A stretch of 64,000 bases of DNA, from NCBI GenBank assembly GCA_963772365.1, contig CAVYXA010000001.1, forward strand, positions 1,280,001 to 1,344,000. The letters run 5' to 3'. Made by a program: the position numbers and the translations under genes. Of the stretch, positions 61,556-64,000 are shown one piece after another. The DNA is from an uncultured Verrucomicrobiae bacterium. Lineage in GTDB: Bacteria; Verrucomicrobiota; Verrucomicrobiia; Chthoniobacterales; UBA10450. How positions within the stretch are numbered: position 1 is the first letter of the stretch; each line of letters starts with the position of its first letter. The notes below the pieces were generated by a model. It was not told where the DNA came from and ran no database searches. It saw nothing but the letters and a program-made list of their open reading frames with translations.

Positions 61556-62710
61556 TTATCGACGCGAACCGCGATTGCGCTTCACAAAATTTCCGGGCGG
61601 TTGCTGCTCGTCGTCGGGAACAGACCCGGCAGCGTCGCTCAGATGCGCTTCCTCGACCGGCAGAAGCTCCTTGAACCGGTTCTTGTCGATTGCTTTCATG
61701 AATGCTTCATGCGGTGTGATGATGCCCCGCTGCAGCAAAGCCCAGATTGCGTCATCCATGAATTGCATCCCACGGTTTCTGCCGGAGATGATTACGTCCT
61801 GAAGTTTTTGGGTCGCGCCTTCGCGAATGATGGAAGCGACCGCGGCGTTGGCGATGAGAATTTCATTCACGGCAATCCGTCCCGAACCATCCGCTTTTTT
61901 CAAAAGAAGCTGGGCCAGGACGCCGCGAAGTGAATTCGCCAGCATCGCCCGGACCTGCTCCTGACGAGACGCAGGAAAAACGTCCACCAATCGATCGACC
62001 GTCTTTCGAGCATTGTTCGTGTGCAATGTTCCCAAAACAAGCAGGCCGGTTTCTGAAGCGGTTAATGCCAGCGCGATGGTCTCCAAATCCCGCATTTCGC
62101 CGAGTAGAACGATATCGGCGTCTTCCCGCAACGCGGCTTTGAGCGCAATCGGAAACGATTCCGCATCGTCTGGAATTTCCCGCTGCGTGATGACGCTGCG
62201 TTTGTTGTTGTGAACGAATTCTATTGGTTCTTCGATTGTCACGATGTGGCGCGAGAAATTTTGATTGATGTAATCGACCAAGGCCGCAAGCGTTGTCGAT
62301 TTTCCCGAGCCGGTGGGGCCGGTGACCAAAACCAATCCGCCGCGCAAGTGGGCGAATTCCTTTGCCACGAGCGGAATCCCCAGCTCTTCGAGGGTGGCGA
62401 TTTTTGTCGGGATCAGACGAAAAACGGCGCCGTAGCCATGGGTCTGCTTGAGATAGTTGCACCGAAACCTTGAATACCGGTCCATTTCATAGGCGAAATC
62501 GAGATCACCGCGGTCTTCAAAGATTTGCCAGTTATGTTCGCGGCAAACCTCGCTCAACATTTTTGCTGCTTCTTCACGTGAAATTGCTTCGGATCGAATC
62601 GGCATGATGTCACCGTGTCGGCGCATCTTTGGCGGCTGACCTTCGCCGATATGCAAATCGGAACCGCCTTGCTCGACGATCACAGTGAGAAATTGATCCA
62701 GGTATGCCAT
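61556..62710 (-). CDS. pilT: PilT/PilU-family type IV pilus ATPase
   Basis: SDLH, VTGPTGSGKSTT, TIEEPIE, ALREDAD, GEMRD, TLHT. Confidence 0.92.
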   Translation of the reverse strand: MAYLDQFLTVIVEQGGSDLHIGEGQPPKMRRHGDIMPIRSEAISREEAAKMLSEVCREHNWQIFEDRGDLDFAYEMDRYSRFRCNYLKQTHGYGAVFRLIPTKIATLEELGIPLVAKEFAHLRGGLVLVTGPTGSGKSTTLAALVDYINQNFSRHIVTIEEPIEFVHNNKRSVITQREIPDDAESFPIALKAALREDADIVLLGEMRDLETIALALTASETGLLVLGTLHTNNARKTVDRLVDVFPASRQEQVRAMLANSLRGVLAQLLLKKADGSGRIAVNEILIANAAVASIIREGATQKLQDVIISGRNRGMQFMDDAIWALLQRGIITPHEAFMKAIDKNRFKELLPVEEAHLSDAAGSVPDDEQQPPGNFVKRNRGSRR

Positions 62711-62728
62711 GAACGCTAAGGATGAGGA

Positions 62729-62792
62729 ATGAGGGTGGAAGGATGAACAAAGGAGAATGCGCAGCTAAGAAATTTCATCCTTCCTCTCTCAT
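62729..62792. repeat. Gene-less GGATGAA-type inverted arms between pilT paralogues
   Basis: 62729-62747 vs 62774-62792, 17/19 complementary, core ggaaggatgaa/ttcatccttcc perfect. Confidence 0.6.
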
Positions 62793-63922
62793 CGTTTCAA
62801 TTGCGGGCTCACTTGGTCTTTTTGATCGGTACGGGCAAGGGCTTCCTCGCCGCTGATTAATCCGCGCTGGAAAAGATCGACAAGGGAATCATCCATCAAT
62901 TGCATCCCCTGCTTTTTGCCGGTCTGGATAATGCCGGGCAGCATGTAGGTTCTGGCTTCGCGAATCATGTTGGCGACGGCTGGAGTATTGGTGAGAATTT
63001 CCAATGCCAGAACTCGCCCCTGATCGTCGATCCTCGGAACCAATTGCTGGCTGATCACTCCGCGCAACGATTCGCTCACCATGACCCGGATCTGTTCCTG
63101 TTGATCGACGGGGAAAACATCGAGCAAACGATCGAGTGTCCGTGAAGCATTGCCGGTGTGCAAAGTTCCCAACACAAGGTGACCCGTTTCCGCTGCTGTG
63201 ATGGCCAGCGAGATGGTTTCCAGGTCGCGCATTTCGCCCACCATGATGACATCCGGATCTTCCCGCAGCGCACCCCGCAGCGCGACGGCGAACGATTCGG
63301 TATGAGTGCGCACTTCCCGTTGGGTGATGTGGCAACCCTTCGGCTCGATGATGTATTCGATCGGATCTTCCAGAGTGATGATGTGCTCCCGCCGTTCGAC
63401 GTTTATCTGATCCACCAGTGCAGCCAGAGTTGTCGATTTGCCGCTGCCCACCGATCCGGTAACCAGAATCAAGCCGTTCTGATAACGCGTGAGCAGTTTC
63501 AGGTGCTCGGGGAGGCCGAGCTCGTCCATCGTGCGCACGTTGGTATTGATGATGCGAAAAACAAGATCGACACCGAGCCGCTGCCGAACCACGCTGGTGC
63601 GAAAGCGGCCGAACGAATTTGAATACGCAAAATCGGCATCACCGCGCCCGGCCAACTGTTTCTTCTGGAGATCGCTCAAAAATGCTTCCGAAAGCTTTTT
63701 TGTATCGGCCGCTGTAAGTGTGGGAGCACCGGCCCAGATTGGTCGCAGCGTGCCATGCAATCGCCAGAGAGGTGGAGCGTTCACGCCCAGATGAATATCG
63801 GACGCGCCCGCTTTTTGGCCGATCGCCAAATAATCGTCCACGTGAGAAAGCAAATGCGGAGCAATGGCACTGCGTTTGTCATTTGATTTCTCAGTCATGG
63901 CAGGACTGACGGAGATAATCAT
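62789..63922 (-). CDS. pilT: PilT/PilU-family type IV pilus ATPase; start 63922 or 63898
   Basis: ASDIH, VTGSVGSGKSTT, TLEDPIE, ALREDPD, AETGHLVLGTLHT. Confidence 0.92.
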   Translation of the reverse strand: MIISVSPAMTEKSNDKRSAIAPHLLSHVDDYLAIGQKAGASDIHLGVNAPPLWRLHGTLRPIWAGAPTLTAADTKKLSEAFLSDLQKKQLAGRGDADFAYSNSFGRFRTSVVRQRLGVDLVFRIINTNVRTMDELGLPEHLKLLTRYQNGLILVTGSVGSGKSTTLAALVDQINVERREHIITLEDPIEYIIEPKGCHITQREVRTHTESFAVALRGALREDPDVIMVGEMRDLETISLAITAAETGHLVLGTLHTGNASRTLDRLLDVFPVDQQEQIRVMVSESLRGVISQQLVPRIDDQGRVLALEILTNTPAVANMIREARTYMLPGIIQTGKKQGMQLMDDSLVDLFQRGLISGEEALARTDQKDQVSPQLKR

Positions 63923-64000
63923 GTGCCGCCGAGCACAGGTAAATTCAAATCCGATTAGCGGTTGAGAATCCGCGTTGGGAATCTGTTACAAGCGCGACGC

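Overview
A 64-kb chromosomal segment, inferred to be from a Verrucomicrobiota (probably Chthoniobacterales/Spartobacteria) genome because it has a Minf_1886-type protein, a TIGR03790-type protein, an LpxC-FabZ fusion and lineage-like repeats. It is mostly housekeeping: LPS/lipid A (lptD, ugd, heptose kinase, gmhB, kdsB, lpxC-fabZ, lpxA), cofactor and nucleotide metabolism (coaX, hemB, punA, pyrG, purE, nadA, ispD), tRNA/rRNA modification (rsmB, sua5, queG), a MacAB-type ABC system, an M16 protease, recN, a partial nuo cluster, two pilT-family ATPases and tRNA-Gly(CCC). Scattered single-base indels in core genes, densest at 22.5-24.4 kb, look like sequencing error. The most interesting signals are small elements layered on this backbone. 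(1) Three single genes (one four-helix-bundle, two GxxExxY nuclease-like) are each wrapped in inverted arms built from 7-9 nt tandem repeats and sit precisely between operon genes; gene-less copies of such arms also occur. (2) An integrase-less integron cassette cluster is attached to the pyrG stop codon. (3) At least six REP-like palindrome families are present, several inserted in frame inside proteins. (4) An IR-flanked Y1 transposase remnant is missed by the ORF track. (5) There is a HemB/PD-(D/E)XK nuclease fusion and a NuoE-NuoF fusion. All family calls come from motif recognition; no database search was run.
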